DNA of 52,817 nt from a virus (lineage: Duplodnaviria > Caudoviricetes), in IMG/VR virus record IMGVR_UViG_3300042375_000643, positions 1-52,817 of that record; one strand, 5' to 3'. This document shows, piece by piece, positions 10,707-19,181 of this stretch; positions within the stretch are counted from its first letter, which is position 1, and the number at the start of each line of letters is the position of its first letter. The notes below the pieces were generated by a model. The model was not told the origin of the DNA, searched no databases, and worked only from the letters and a program-made list of their open reading frames with translations. The translations under genes and the position numbers were made by a program.

Positions 10707-11483
10707 ATGTCAAACAATATATTGGTAATTATGTCTGATAATCGAGATATCATAAACGACATAGATAATTGTGATTATAATACTTTATGTGCGTTAATTA
10801 ACTATAATTATTGTCAAAAAAATAACTATGGTTTTAAATATTTTAGACCACACAATAATGGTGAATTTTCATTACATAATTGTTACTCACCGTCTAAATC
10901 TTTAAGACATTCTTCTTGGGCTAAATTGTTATCAACAATTAAATCAATGACCGAATATGAACAATACGATTACATAGTGTATATTGATTCCGATTGTATA
11001 TTAAATAATATTAATTTAACAATACAAGATTATTATAAAAATTTAACAATAGTTAATAAAGGTAATGTTGAAAAGTCAAATATACTTTTTTTAAATGACA
11101 GACCTTGGCATCCCGAGTCCCCTTGTGCCGGATATTACATTTTAAAAAATAATTCCAATTCAATGAAATTTATTAAAGAATGGTATTCTTCAGATGGTTG
11201 TGACATCAATCACCCATATGAACAATGGGCGGTTTATAAAATGTTTGAATTGACTAATCCTGAAGAAATATTACTTATTGATGATGTTATGTTTGTTGAT
11301 TCACATAAAGACCAATTTTTAAGACATATTGGTACTCACGAGAGTCATAATAGAATACCATTTTTTAAAAATAAAATAACAGAATTATCCCTATTAGATA
11401 ATTTTAATGAATTGATTGGGAGGTTAAGAACTGAAATTGTTGAATACGATACAAATAAAATAATTGAAGAACATTATGAATAA
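10707..11483 (+). CDS. Glycosyltransferase, GT-A (GT34/MNN10-like)
   Basis: SWAKL, YDYIVYIDSD (DxD), PYEQ. Start moved to ATG 10707 just after the dut stop. Confidence 0.65.
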   Translation: MSNNILVIMSDNRDIINDIDNCDYNTLCALINYNYCQKNNYGFKYFRPHNNGEFSLHNCYSPSKSLRHSSWAKLLSTIKSMTEYEQYDYIVYIDSDCILNNINLTIQDYYKNLTIVNKGNVEKSNILFLNDRPWHPESPCAGYYILKNNSNSMKFIKEWYSSDGCDINHPYEQWAVYKMFELTNPEEILLIDDVMFVDSHKDQFLRHIGTHESHNRIPFFKNKITELSLLDNFNELIGRLRTEIVEYDTNKIIEEHYE

Positions 11484-12363
11484 TAAAGTTGACGTTTGTA
11501 TAAACGTATTCGGAAAACCTTGGCAAACATTATGTACATTAAAAACTTTAATGAAACATAGCGGAGATAAAATTGATAAAATTTATTTAATTATTGAATC
11601 TACCCAACCATACAATGAAAGTTTACTTTGGATTTTTAGTTATTTTGATAATTTAATTATTCACACACCTAATACATATATTTTCACAAAACATCATATA
11701 AATAATTTAGATGAATCTGATAGACATACCGTAAGATATCAATACGGTATTGAAAAAAGTGATAAGAAATTTATTTTTATTACACATAATGATGTTTTAT
11801 ATACCGGAGATATAATTGGTGATATGTTAGACAAAATTGGTGATTCCGTTGGAATTGGCGAAATGGGTCAATGTTGGAATTGCCCCGCATTTAGCGAAGG
11901 TCTTTGCAGTGGTAGTAAATTTTATGATTGGAACCCATCAATTGAAGAAGTTTTAAGTTTGAAACTTCCTCACATCAGAACAGGGTTACATAATATTGAT
12001 AGAGAAAACCCAAAACCAATGCCTGAATGTAGACTTAATGAATGGGCGTGTTTAATTAATAGAGAATTAAATAATAAAGAAACATACCCAAATGGAGATA
12101 CACCATTTTTTGGTATGTATGGATTAGATTTAGGTGACCGTTGGTTTAAAAGTCTACATTTAAAAGGTTATAAATTTACAGACTATCGAGAAAACTTCAA
12201 ACACTCATATTGGTCCCCATTAGATGGTGGATACCCAACACAATTAAACCAAGATATTTATAAAATTGCGGAAGAAAATGCTAAGAAATATTTTATCGAA
12301 CACTTTGAATCAAAAAAAAATAAAATTAACGAATTAGGTTGGGAAAATAAAAAATACAAATAA
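11476..12363 (+). CDS. Putative GT-A glycosyltransferase
   Basis: VDVCINVFGKP N-terminal strand and FIFITHNDVLY at the DxD position. ATG 11476 chosen. Confidence 0.55.
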   Translation: MNNKVDVCINVFGKPWQTLCTLKTLMKHSGDKIDKIYLIIESTQPYNESLLWIFSYFDNLIIHTPNTYIFTKHHINNLDESDRHTVRYQYGIEKSDKKFIFITHNDVLYTGDIIGDMLDKIGDSVGIGEMGQCWNCPAFSEGLCSGSKFYDWNPSIEEVLSLKLPHIRTGLHNIDRENPKPMPECRLNEWACLINRELNNKETYPNGDTPFFGMYGLDLGDRWFKSLHLKGYKFTDYRENFKHSYWSPLDGGYPTQLNQDIYKIAEENAKKYFIEHFESKKNKINELGWENKKYK

Positions 12364-12411
12364 ACGATAAAAAAAAGAGGCTCCAATGTATTTGGAAGTA
12401 CAGGAATTTAA
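12358..12411 (+). pseudogene. Degenerate copy of the dUTPase 3' end
   Basis: Reads INDKK(+1 A)RGSNVFGSTGI* versus INEKERGSNGFGSTGIQ* at 10650..10705. Confidence 0.85.
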
Positions 12412-12413
12412 TT

Positions 12414-13016
12414 ATGGAAACAGAATTATGTAAAATATTTTACAAATATAAATCAGACAAATGCTCAAAAATAAACCATTCTTATTCACCCGAATATTAT
12501 AACCATTTAAACCCATATAGAGAAACATTTACCAATATACTTGAAGTAGGAATTGGTAATGATAAATTGATGAAACCTATTTGTGGTAATGACTATATTT
12601 TAGGTGCTAGTCTTAAATCTTGGGAGGAGTTTTTTCCTAACGCAAAGATTTATGGTTTAGATATACTTAGAGACGTGTTATTTTCCGAGAACCGAGTATC
12701 TTGTTTTTACACAGACCAATCTAACGAGAATGAATTAAATAAAACAATTGACGAAATTAGAAATGTTAATAACGATTCTAATTTATTGTTTGATTTAATT
12801 ATTGATGATGGAAGTCACATTGTTGACCATATGTTATTAACCTTTAAAACATTATCAAAATACTTGAAGGTTGACGGTTTATATATTATTGAAGATATTC
12901 AACGAAAAGATTTGGATATATTCACCAATATAAAATTGACTGATTTTGAAATATTAAAAATATATATGGGGAACAGAAATGACGATGACTTTATAATTTA
13001 TAAAAAAATAAAATAA
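12414..13016 (+). CDS. Class I SAM-dependent methyltransferase (sugar O-methyltransferase-like)
   Basis: ILEVGIG, GASLKSWEEFFPNAKIYGLDI, DQS, FDLIIDDGSH, YIIEDI. Confidence 0.8.
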   Translation: METELCKIFYKYKSDKCSKINHSYSPEYYNHLNPYRETFTNILEVGIGNDKLMKPICGNDYILGASLKSWEEFFPNAKIYGLDILRDVLFSENRVSCFYTDQSNENELNKTIDEIRNVNNDSNLLFDLIIDDGSHIVDHMLLTFKTLSKYLKVDGLYIIEDIQRKDLDIFTNIKLTDFEILKIYMGNRNDDDFIIYKKIK

Positions 13017-14521
13017 TGATTACAATAATTTACTCAACACATAAAGACGAAATTTATAATAACAAATTTAAACAACATTTGTTACAAAGTTCCGGATTAA
13101 AAGATGTTCAAATATTAGAATATGTTAACCATAACCAATATACCCTGTCTGAACTATATAACAAAGGAATTAAAGAATCTCTTTTTAATATTGTTGTTTG
13201 TTGTCATAATGATATTAAACTTGAAAATGGGTGGGGTAAAAAATTATTAACCGATTTTGAAAATAACCCTAACTATGGTATCATAGGTAAAGCAGGTTCT
13301 TGTTATTTTGCGGAATCCGGTGTTTACTGGGAACGTATGCAACAAACAATGGTTGGTCAAGTTTACCATCATCCCGAAGGTAAACAAAAATGGGTAAATA
13401 ATTATTCGGCAAAACTACCATTTTTAATTCCTGTTGTAACTATTGATGGATTATTCATATCATTTGATAAAACAAAAATTAAACATCAATTTGATGAAAC
13501 TATTGGTAAATTTCATTTCTATGACCATTTATTTTGTGTTCCAAATTATTTAGACGGAGTTAACATTGGTGTGACATCATCTTTTGAAATAACACACCAA
13601 TCTGTTGGTCAACCAAATCAAGAATTTTGGGAGAGTAGAGAAAAATTTATAGAAAAATGGGGTAATAATCTTCCATTAGATTTAAAACCATCTAAGGTAT
13701 ATGTCCCTGAGATTAAAGAAAAACCTATTAAAAATATTGGTAAAGTTGCGATAATTATACCGACTAAAGGTAATGTAGAAATGTTATTTGATTGTGTTAA
13801 TTCATTCTATCAACACTGTAACTCAAAATTGTTTGATGTTTTTATTGCCGACACTGGGTCGTCAGAGACAGAAAAAGAATGGATTAAAACTAATATACTA
13901 CCACTTGGTGATATAAAACTTATTGAATATGATTATTATAATTTTGCAAAAATTAATAATGATGTTGTAAAAAATCACGTAGGGGACGAATATGAGTATC
14001 TCCTATTTTCAAATAACGATATTAAAATTCTTAATAATGTTATTTATGGTATGTTAAAGAATTTTAAAACTCATAATAAAATAGGTACAATTGGTGCGAG
14101 GCTTTATTTTAAAGATAATACAATTCAACACGATGGGATTTTTGCGATAATTCAAAATAATAGATTTGATGTTAGTCATTATAATTTAAGAAATTATTAT
14201 CCTAAATCATCTTCTATCTCAGAAGTTATTGGGTCTACCGGTGCGTTACTTATGATAAAAAAATCTGTATTTATTCAGTGTGACTATTTTAACGAAAATT
14301 ATATTAATTGTTTTGAAGATGTTGAGTTAAATTTTAAAACAACTATCTTAGGTTATAGGAATATATGTGACCTTAATTTAGTGTCGTATCATTTTGAGAG
14401 TCAAACTAGAAATGAAGACCCTAAAAATATTGAGAAGTTACAGTATGACTACATAAATAATTTATTACCATTTACGATGAAAAATGTTGATAAATTAAAA
14501 CATAAAATTATACAACAATAA
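13016..14521 (+). CDS. Two-domain GT2-like glycosyltransferase
   Basis: Domain 1: YNKG..VCCHNDI..IDGLF..FHFYD. Domain 2: VAIIIPT, ADTGS, LFSNNDI, TGALLM, FEDVEL. Confidence 0.85.
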   Translation: MITIIYSTHKDEIYNNKFKQHLLQSSGLKDVQILEYVNHNQYTLSELYNKGIKESLFNIVVCCHNDIKLENGWGKKLLTDFENNPNYGIIGKAGSCYFAESGVYWERMQQTMVGQVYHHPEGKQKWVNNYSAKLPFLIPVVTIDGLFISFDKTKIKHQFDETIGKFHFYDHLFCVPNYLDGVNIGVTSSFEITHQSVGQPNQEFWESREKFIEKWGNNLPLDLKPSKVYVPEIKEKPIKNIGKVAIIIPTKGNVEMLFDCVNSFYQHCNSKLFDVFIADTGSSETEKEWIKTNILPLGDIKLIEYDYYNFAKINNDVVKNHVGDEYEYLLFSNNDIKILNNVIYGMLKNFKTHNKIGTIGARLYFKDNTIQHDGIFAIIQNNRFDVSHYNLRNYYPKSSSISEVIGSTGALLMIKKSVFIQCDYFNENYINCFEDVELNFKTTILGYRNICDLNLVSYHFESQTRNEDPKNIEKLQYDYINNLLPFTMKNVDKLKHKIIQQ

Positions 14522-14525
14522 TTAA

Positions 14526-15290
14526 ATGGCTACATACAGCAAATCAAAAAACACTAAACCAACTCCTACTCCGGAAACTACAGGTAAACCAATAAGTAAA
14601 AAAGATTTAATTGGTCAAATCATCAAGAGAAAAACTAAAGAAAAGTTTTTAACTATAAATCAAAAAAAGTATTACGATACTTTAATTGATAGTGAAATTA
14701 CAGTTTGTTCGGGACCAGCGGGTGTTGGTAAAAGTTACATAACAATGAAAGCAGCAATTGATTTACTTTCAGACCCAAAAACACCCTACGAGAAAATAAT
14801 TATTGTTAGACCGGCCGTTGAAGCCGAAGAAAAATTGGGTTCTCTACCCGGTAATGTTGAAGAAAAGTTAGACCCGTACATTTTCCCCTCTTATTATTTA
14901 TTAAATAAAATTATTGGAAAAGAGTCTCGTGAAAAACTTAAAGAGATTGAAGTTATTGAAGTATTTGCGTTAGCATTTATGAGAGGTATGAATATTGATA
15001 ATTCAATCTTAATATTTGAAGAGGGGCAGAACGCTTCCCCAAGTCAAATGAAACTTCTTTTAACAAGAATTGGTTTTAACAGTAAGTTCTTTATTTCAGG
15101 AGATGTGGAACAATCAGATAAGTATAAAAACAAAACATTAAGTGGATTGTGGGACGCGATTGAAAAGTTTAGGGATGATGACTACGTTTCAACATTCGAA
15201 TTCAAAGATAAAAACGATATTGTTAGAAACCCATTAATTAGTAAGATATTACGTAAATACGATAACGAACCGGATGAGAATAGCAATTGA
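14526..15290 (+). CDS. phoH: PhoH-like ATPase
   Basis: GPAGVGKS, RPAVE, LGSLPG, FMRG, EEGQN, LLTRIG, GDVEQSD, DIVRNP. Confidence 0.92.
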   Translation: MATYSKSKNTKPTPTPETTGKPISKKDLIGQIIKRKTKEKFLTINQKKYYDTLIDSEITVCSGPAGVGKSYITMKAAIDLLSDPKTPYEKIIIVRPAVEAEEKLGSLPGNVEEKLDPYIFPSYYLLNKIIGKESREKLKEIEVIEVFALAFMRGMNIDNSILIFEEGQNASPSQMKLLLTRIGFNSKFFISGDVEQSDKYKNKTLSGLWDAIEKFRDDDYVSTFEFKDKNDIVRNPLISKILRKYDNEPDENSN

Positions 15291-15870
15291 GATTAATGGT
15301 GTTTTAAGAAACACCTTAGATAAAATTCAACAGACCTATCAAAAATATATGATAGATAAAACTGAGGGTATTGAAGAAGAAGAAGATATTGTTCGTGAAA
15401 TTAAATTACCTATAGATAGTTTAGAATTAAGAAATCATTTTACGTTTATCGATGATGAAGAACTATATTCTTTTTTATACGAAGATTTCCCAATGGAAAT
15501 CTTTGGTCATTCACAATCATCTGAATATCAAACATTCAACGATTTAAATGATATATACGTTAATTTAAGAGATAATCACGATTTATTAATAGTGTCAGAT
15601 GAAATGGGAAGGTCTAAACCGGCATCATTATTCTTCTTATCAAAATTTGGTTGTCAAGTAGAAAAAGTAAAATTCTATAGTAATTTGACAATAAATTCAA
15701 TGTGGGATGAGATTGATGTTTTACTTACATCAAACCCTGCACTATTATTAGAACATCCGGATGATAAAATATTAATTAAATATCAAACGGAATACAATAA
15801 ACATATCGAAACAAAACATTCTATAACTAACCTTAAAGAATTTGAATTCGAATTAATAAAAATACTATAA
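15274..15870 (+). CDS. HAD-fold 5'-nucleotidase-like protein with degenerate catalytic motif
   Basis: MRIAIEINGVLRN resembles IxiDiDGVL, with D to E and D to N changes. Confidence 0.5.
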   Translation: MRIAIEINGVLRNTLDKIQQTYQKYMIDKTEGIEEEEDIVREIKLPIDSLELRNHFTFIDDEELYSFLYEDFPMEIFGHSQSSEYQTFNDLNDIYVNLRDNHDLLIVSDEMGRSKPASLFFLSKFGCQVEKVKFYSNLTINSMWDEIDVLLTSNPALLLEHPDDKILIKYQTEYNKHIETKHSITNLKEFEFELIKIL

Positions 15871-16145
15871 TGTTAAAAGTATTAGGAGAACACTACTATT
15901 TAGATTTAGATAAAATCGATGATTACGTCCAAATAAAAGAAGTTACACCATCAACAGGTATTACGGACACAACGCATATTAGCATTATAAAATATGAAAC
16001 CGTTAAATTAATGATGGAAATTATTATGGATGAGCCTGAAGAAATTGATGAAACATTAGGGGCTAAAGGAACAAATAACTTATCAATACCGTTTAAAATA
16101 GCGTTTAACACGTTACTATATAAAAAATTACTAAACAAATTATAA
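15870..16145 (+). CDS. Hypothetical protein
   Basis: 91-aa ORF, TAATG-coupled. Confidence 0.7.
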   Translation: MLKVLGEHYYLDLDKIDDYVQIKEVTPSTGITDTTHISIIKYETVKLMMEIIMDEPEEIDETLGAKGTNNLSIPFKIAFNTLLYKKLLNKL

Positions 16146-16146
16146 T

Positions 16147-17208
16147 ATGAATCAAGAACAACTATCAAAATTAGAATTGTCTATTGAGAATATGAAAAAT
16201 AAGAAAGCCAGAATTTATCTTATTGCTCAAGACACAAAAGGTAACGCCAAAGCATCTATTGCTTATATCTATAGATTAGGTATGGCATTATTAAAAGGAG
16301 GGTATAACCCGATAATCCTACACGAAAGTTCTGACTATACAGGTGTTTCTGAATGGTTAGGTGAAGAATATATGACACTTCCTCATAGAGTTATTGAAGG
16401 TCAAAATTTAGAAGTATCTCCTGAAGATTTATTAATTATTCCGGAACTTTTTGGGTATGTAATGAGTCAAGTATCTAAATTACCTTGCGGTAAAATTGTG
16501 TTATGTCAAGCTTACGACCATATTTTTGAAACGTTACAACCTGGAGAAAGTTGGACTCAATTAGGATTTTACAAATGTATTACAACATCTGATTATCAAA
16601 AAGAATTTATTGAGGGTATTATGAGAGGAGTCTCTTATGATGTTTTAAAACCATATTTTTCAGATAAATTTAAACCAAGTAATTTACCGGCTAAACCTAT
16701 TATTGCAGTTCACACTAGAGAACATAGAGACACAATTAACTTAATTAAAAGTTTCTATGTTAAATTTCCACAATATCGTTGGATAACTTTTAGAGATTTA
16801 AGAACATTATCTGAAGACGAGTTTGCTAAAGGTATTCAAGAGTGTTGTTTATCTGTTTGGATTGATGAAACAAGTGCTTATGGAACATTCCCGTTAGAAT
16901 CGATTAAATCAAATGTTCCTGTATTAGGTTTGGTTCCTAATATGGTACCTGATTGGATGAACGAAGATAATGGTCTATGGATAAATAACAAAGTTCAAAT
17001 TGTTGATTTTGTTGCCGATTATTTACAAAATTGGTTAGAAGATAATGTTAGTGAAACTTTACTTGATGGTATGAAAAAAACATCAGAAGAACTTTTAACT
17101 AAAGAAATGTTTGATGAACAAGCATTATCAATTTTTGATAAAGTTATGAATACAAGATTAGAATCGTTCACAGAACAATTAAATAAACTAGAAACAATTG
17201 AAGAATAA
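16147..17208 (+). CDS. Glycosyltransferase-like protein, GT-B fold
   Basis: DLLIIPE, SAYGTFPLESIKSNVPVLG (EX7E-type region). Confidence 0.6.
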   Translation: MNQEQLSKLELSIENMKNKKARIYLIAQDTKGNAKASIAYIYRLGMALLKGGYNPIILHESSDYTGVSEWLGEEYMTLPHRVIEGQNLEVSPEDLLIIPELFGYVMSQVSKLPCGKIVLCQAYDHIFETLQPGESWTQLGFYKCITTSDYQKEFIEGIMRGVSYDVLKPYFSDKFKPSNLPAKPIIAVHTREHRDTINLIKSFYVKFPQYRWITFRDLRTLSEDEFAKGIQECCLSVWIDETSAYGTFPLESIKSNVPVLGLVPNMVPDWMNEDNGLWINNKVQIVDFVADYLQNWLEDNVSETLLDGMKKTSEELLTKEMFDEQALSIFDKVMNTRLESFTEQLNKLETIEE

Positions 17209-17209
17209 T

Positions 17210-18016
17210 ATGGAAAACTATTTTGACGTATCAGTAATATTACCAATTAAATCCGGGAGGGCCTTTGACTTCTCTGAGTATTTTACAAAATGTATTGAGT
17301 CATTAAAAACTCAAAAATTAAAAATTAATGAATTAATCATTGTTCACACAGATGAAGATGTTATTATTGAATTTTTAAATAATTTCGACTTTGGTGACTT
17401 AACAGTTATTAAACTTGCTTGGACTGAAGAACCTAATTACACCTTACAAATTAATTTTGGTGTTAAAAATTCAAATTCTAAATGGGTTTCATTATTTGAA
17501 TTTGATGACGAGTATTCAACAATATGGTTTAACAATGTTGAGAAATATAGCAACGCTTATCCAGATGTTGACGCATTTTTACCAATTGTCGTCGATACAG
17601 ACCAAATGGGTAAATTTGTCGGATTTACTAATGAAGCAACATTCGCAGCTAACTTCTCATCTGAAATGGGAATTTTATCTAATGAAACTTTACAAGATTA
17701 TCAAAATTTCCAAACATCAGGAATGGTTATTAAAAAATCCGCATTAGTTGATAATGGGTTATTTAAATCATCATTCAAGTTAACATACGGATATGAATTA
17801 TTTTTAAGATTAACTAATAATTCAGTTAAAATAATGTCAATCCCTAAGATTGGTTATAAACATACTAACTTAAGAGATGGTTCAATTTTTTGGAACTATA
17901 AAAATGGTGAAAATGCTTTAACTGCCGATGAGGTTAAATTTTGGATTGATTCGGCTAAAAAAGAATATTTCTTTACAAATGATAGAGCCATAAAGTACGA
18001 ACCACAAGAAGTTTAA
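17210..18016 (+). CDS. GT2-like glycosyltransferase
   Basis: VSVILPI, CIESL..Q, INFG...SKWVSLFEFDDE. ATG 17210 chosen. Confidence 0.7.
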   Translation: MENYFDVSVILPIKSGRAFDFSEYFTKCIESLKTQKLKINELIIVHTDEDVIIEFLNNFDFGDLTVIKLAWTEEPNYTLQINFGVKNSNSKWVSLFEFDDEYSTIWFNNVEKYSNAYPDVDAFLPIVVDTDQMGKFVGFTNEATFAANFSSEMGILSNETLQDYQNFQTSGMVIKKSALVDNGLFKSSFKLTYGYELFLRLTNNSVKIMSIPKIGYKHTNLRDGSIFWNYKNGENALTADEVKFWIDSAKKEYFFTNDRAIKYEPQEV

Positions 18017-18765
18017 TGTCTGAACCAATTAATTTAACAGGAGATACCAGTGTTGAGTTAAAGAAGAAAGGTAGAAAACCAACCCAATTAAATTATTTTG
18101 ATGTTCGGGAAGAACTGGCTGTGGTAAGATTTTTAGAGTCTACTTGTTACGAAGAAAAAAATAAAATATATAATGAGTTTTTAAAAAAACCTTTAGATAA
18201 GATGATATCTTCAATTATACGGAGATACAAATTATATAGAAAAGATATGGATTTCACAGATATCCACGTAGACACTCACTCGTTCTTAATGACAAAAATA
18301 GATAAGTTCAAGCCTTCTAAAGAAAAGAAGGCTTACTCTTATTTTGGAACCATATGTAAAAATTACCTTATGGGTCAAATCATTAAAGACCAAAAAGAAA
18401 TGAATAGAAAAATATCCTATGAGGATATTTCGTCTAGTTTAGAAAATGATGAAGGATTCGCATACTATATCGAAAATGACGGATTAGATTCTGAAAGAGT
18501 TATTTATCACTTTTTAATACAATTAGAAGAATTTATTAAAAATGAAAACCTATCAGAAAATGAAATCAAATTAGGTCAAGCATTATATGACTTATTTGAT
18601 AACTATGAGAATATTTTTGTCGGAAACGATAATAATAAGTTTAATAAAAATATTATATTACTCTCACTAAGAGAAATGACTAATCTTTCTACAAAAGAAA
18701 TTAGAGGGTCAATGAAGAAATACAAAAATATGTATTTCACATTGATTCAAAATATGGTTAAATAA
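18016..18765 (+). CDS. Sigma-factor-like protein (T4 gp55-like late sigma candidate)
   Basis: KIDKFKPSKEKKAYSYFGTICKNYL resembles sigma region 2.3-2.4 (kFdp....f.Yf....N). Confidence 0.55.
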   Translation: MSEPINLTGDTSVELKKKGRKPTQLNYFDVREELAVVRFLESTCYEEKNKIYNEFLKKPLDKMISSIIRRYKLYRKDMDFTDIHVDTHSFLMTKIDKFKPSKEKKAYSYFGTICKNYLMGQIIKDQKEMNRKISYEDISSSLENDEGFAYYIENDGLDSERVIYHFLIQLEEFIKNENLSENEIKLGQALYDLFDNYENIFVGNDNNKFNKNIILLSLREMTNLSTKEIRGSMKKYKNMYFTLIQNMVK

Positions 18766-18780
18766 AAAACGCCATCTAAA

Positions 18781-18787
18781 TATTTAT
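18781..18787 (+). promoter_or_regulatory. TATTTAT putative late promoter
   Basis: Immediately upstream of the ATG at 18792. Confidence 0.55.
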
Positions 18788-18791
18788 CAAT

Positions 18792-19175
18792 ATGGGAAGA
18801 CCAACAAAAAAAGAAATTAATTTAAGTAAAGAATCAATGTTATCGTTGATGCAGGAAATCTACAATGAACTTGTAGAACAAAGAAATACTGCCATCAGAA
18901 TACAAAATAAAATGTTAACAATGATGAAAGAACCTGAAGATATGACAATCATCGGGCCAGTAATTGAAAAACAACAAAAAATCATAAATGATTGTGTTGA
19001 GAAAAAATTAACTTTATCAAAATTACAATCCGGTATGTGGGAAAAATCCAACTCAAGCAAAGATAGTGGTGGAGGGTTTTCGATAACTGATTTAGGTAGT
19101 GACGACGATTTACTAAAAAGTCTAATCGAAAAAGATATTGCAAAAGATGGTGATTCATATAAAATGAAAAAATAA
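18792..19175 (+). CDS. Helical hypothetical protein (possible small terminase-like)
   Basis: 127 aa, two long amphipathic helices; function speculative. Confidence 0.65.
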   Translation: MGRPTKKEINLSKESMLSLMQEIYNELVEQRNTAIRIQNKMLTMMKEPEDMTIIGPVIEKQQKIINDCVEKKLTLSKLQSGMWEKSNSSKDSGGGFSITDLGSDDDLLKSLIEKDIAKDGDSYKMKK

Positions 19176-19181
19176 TAAATT

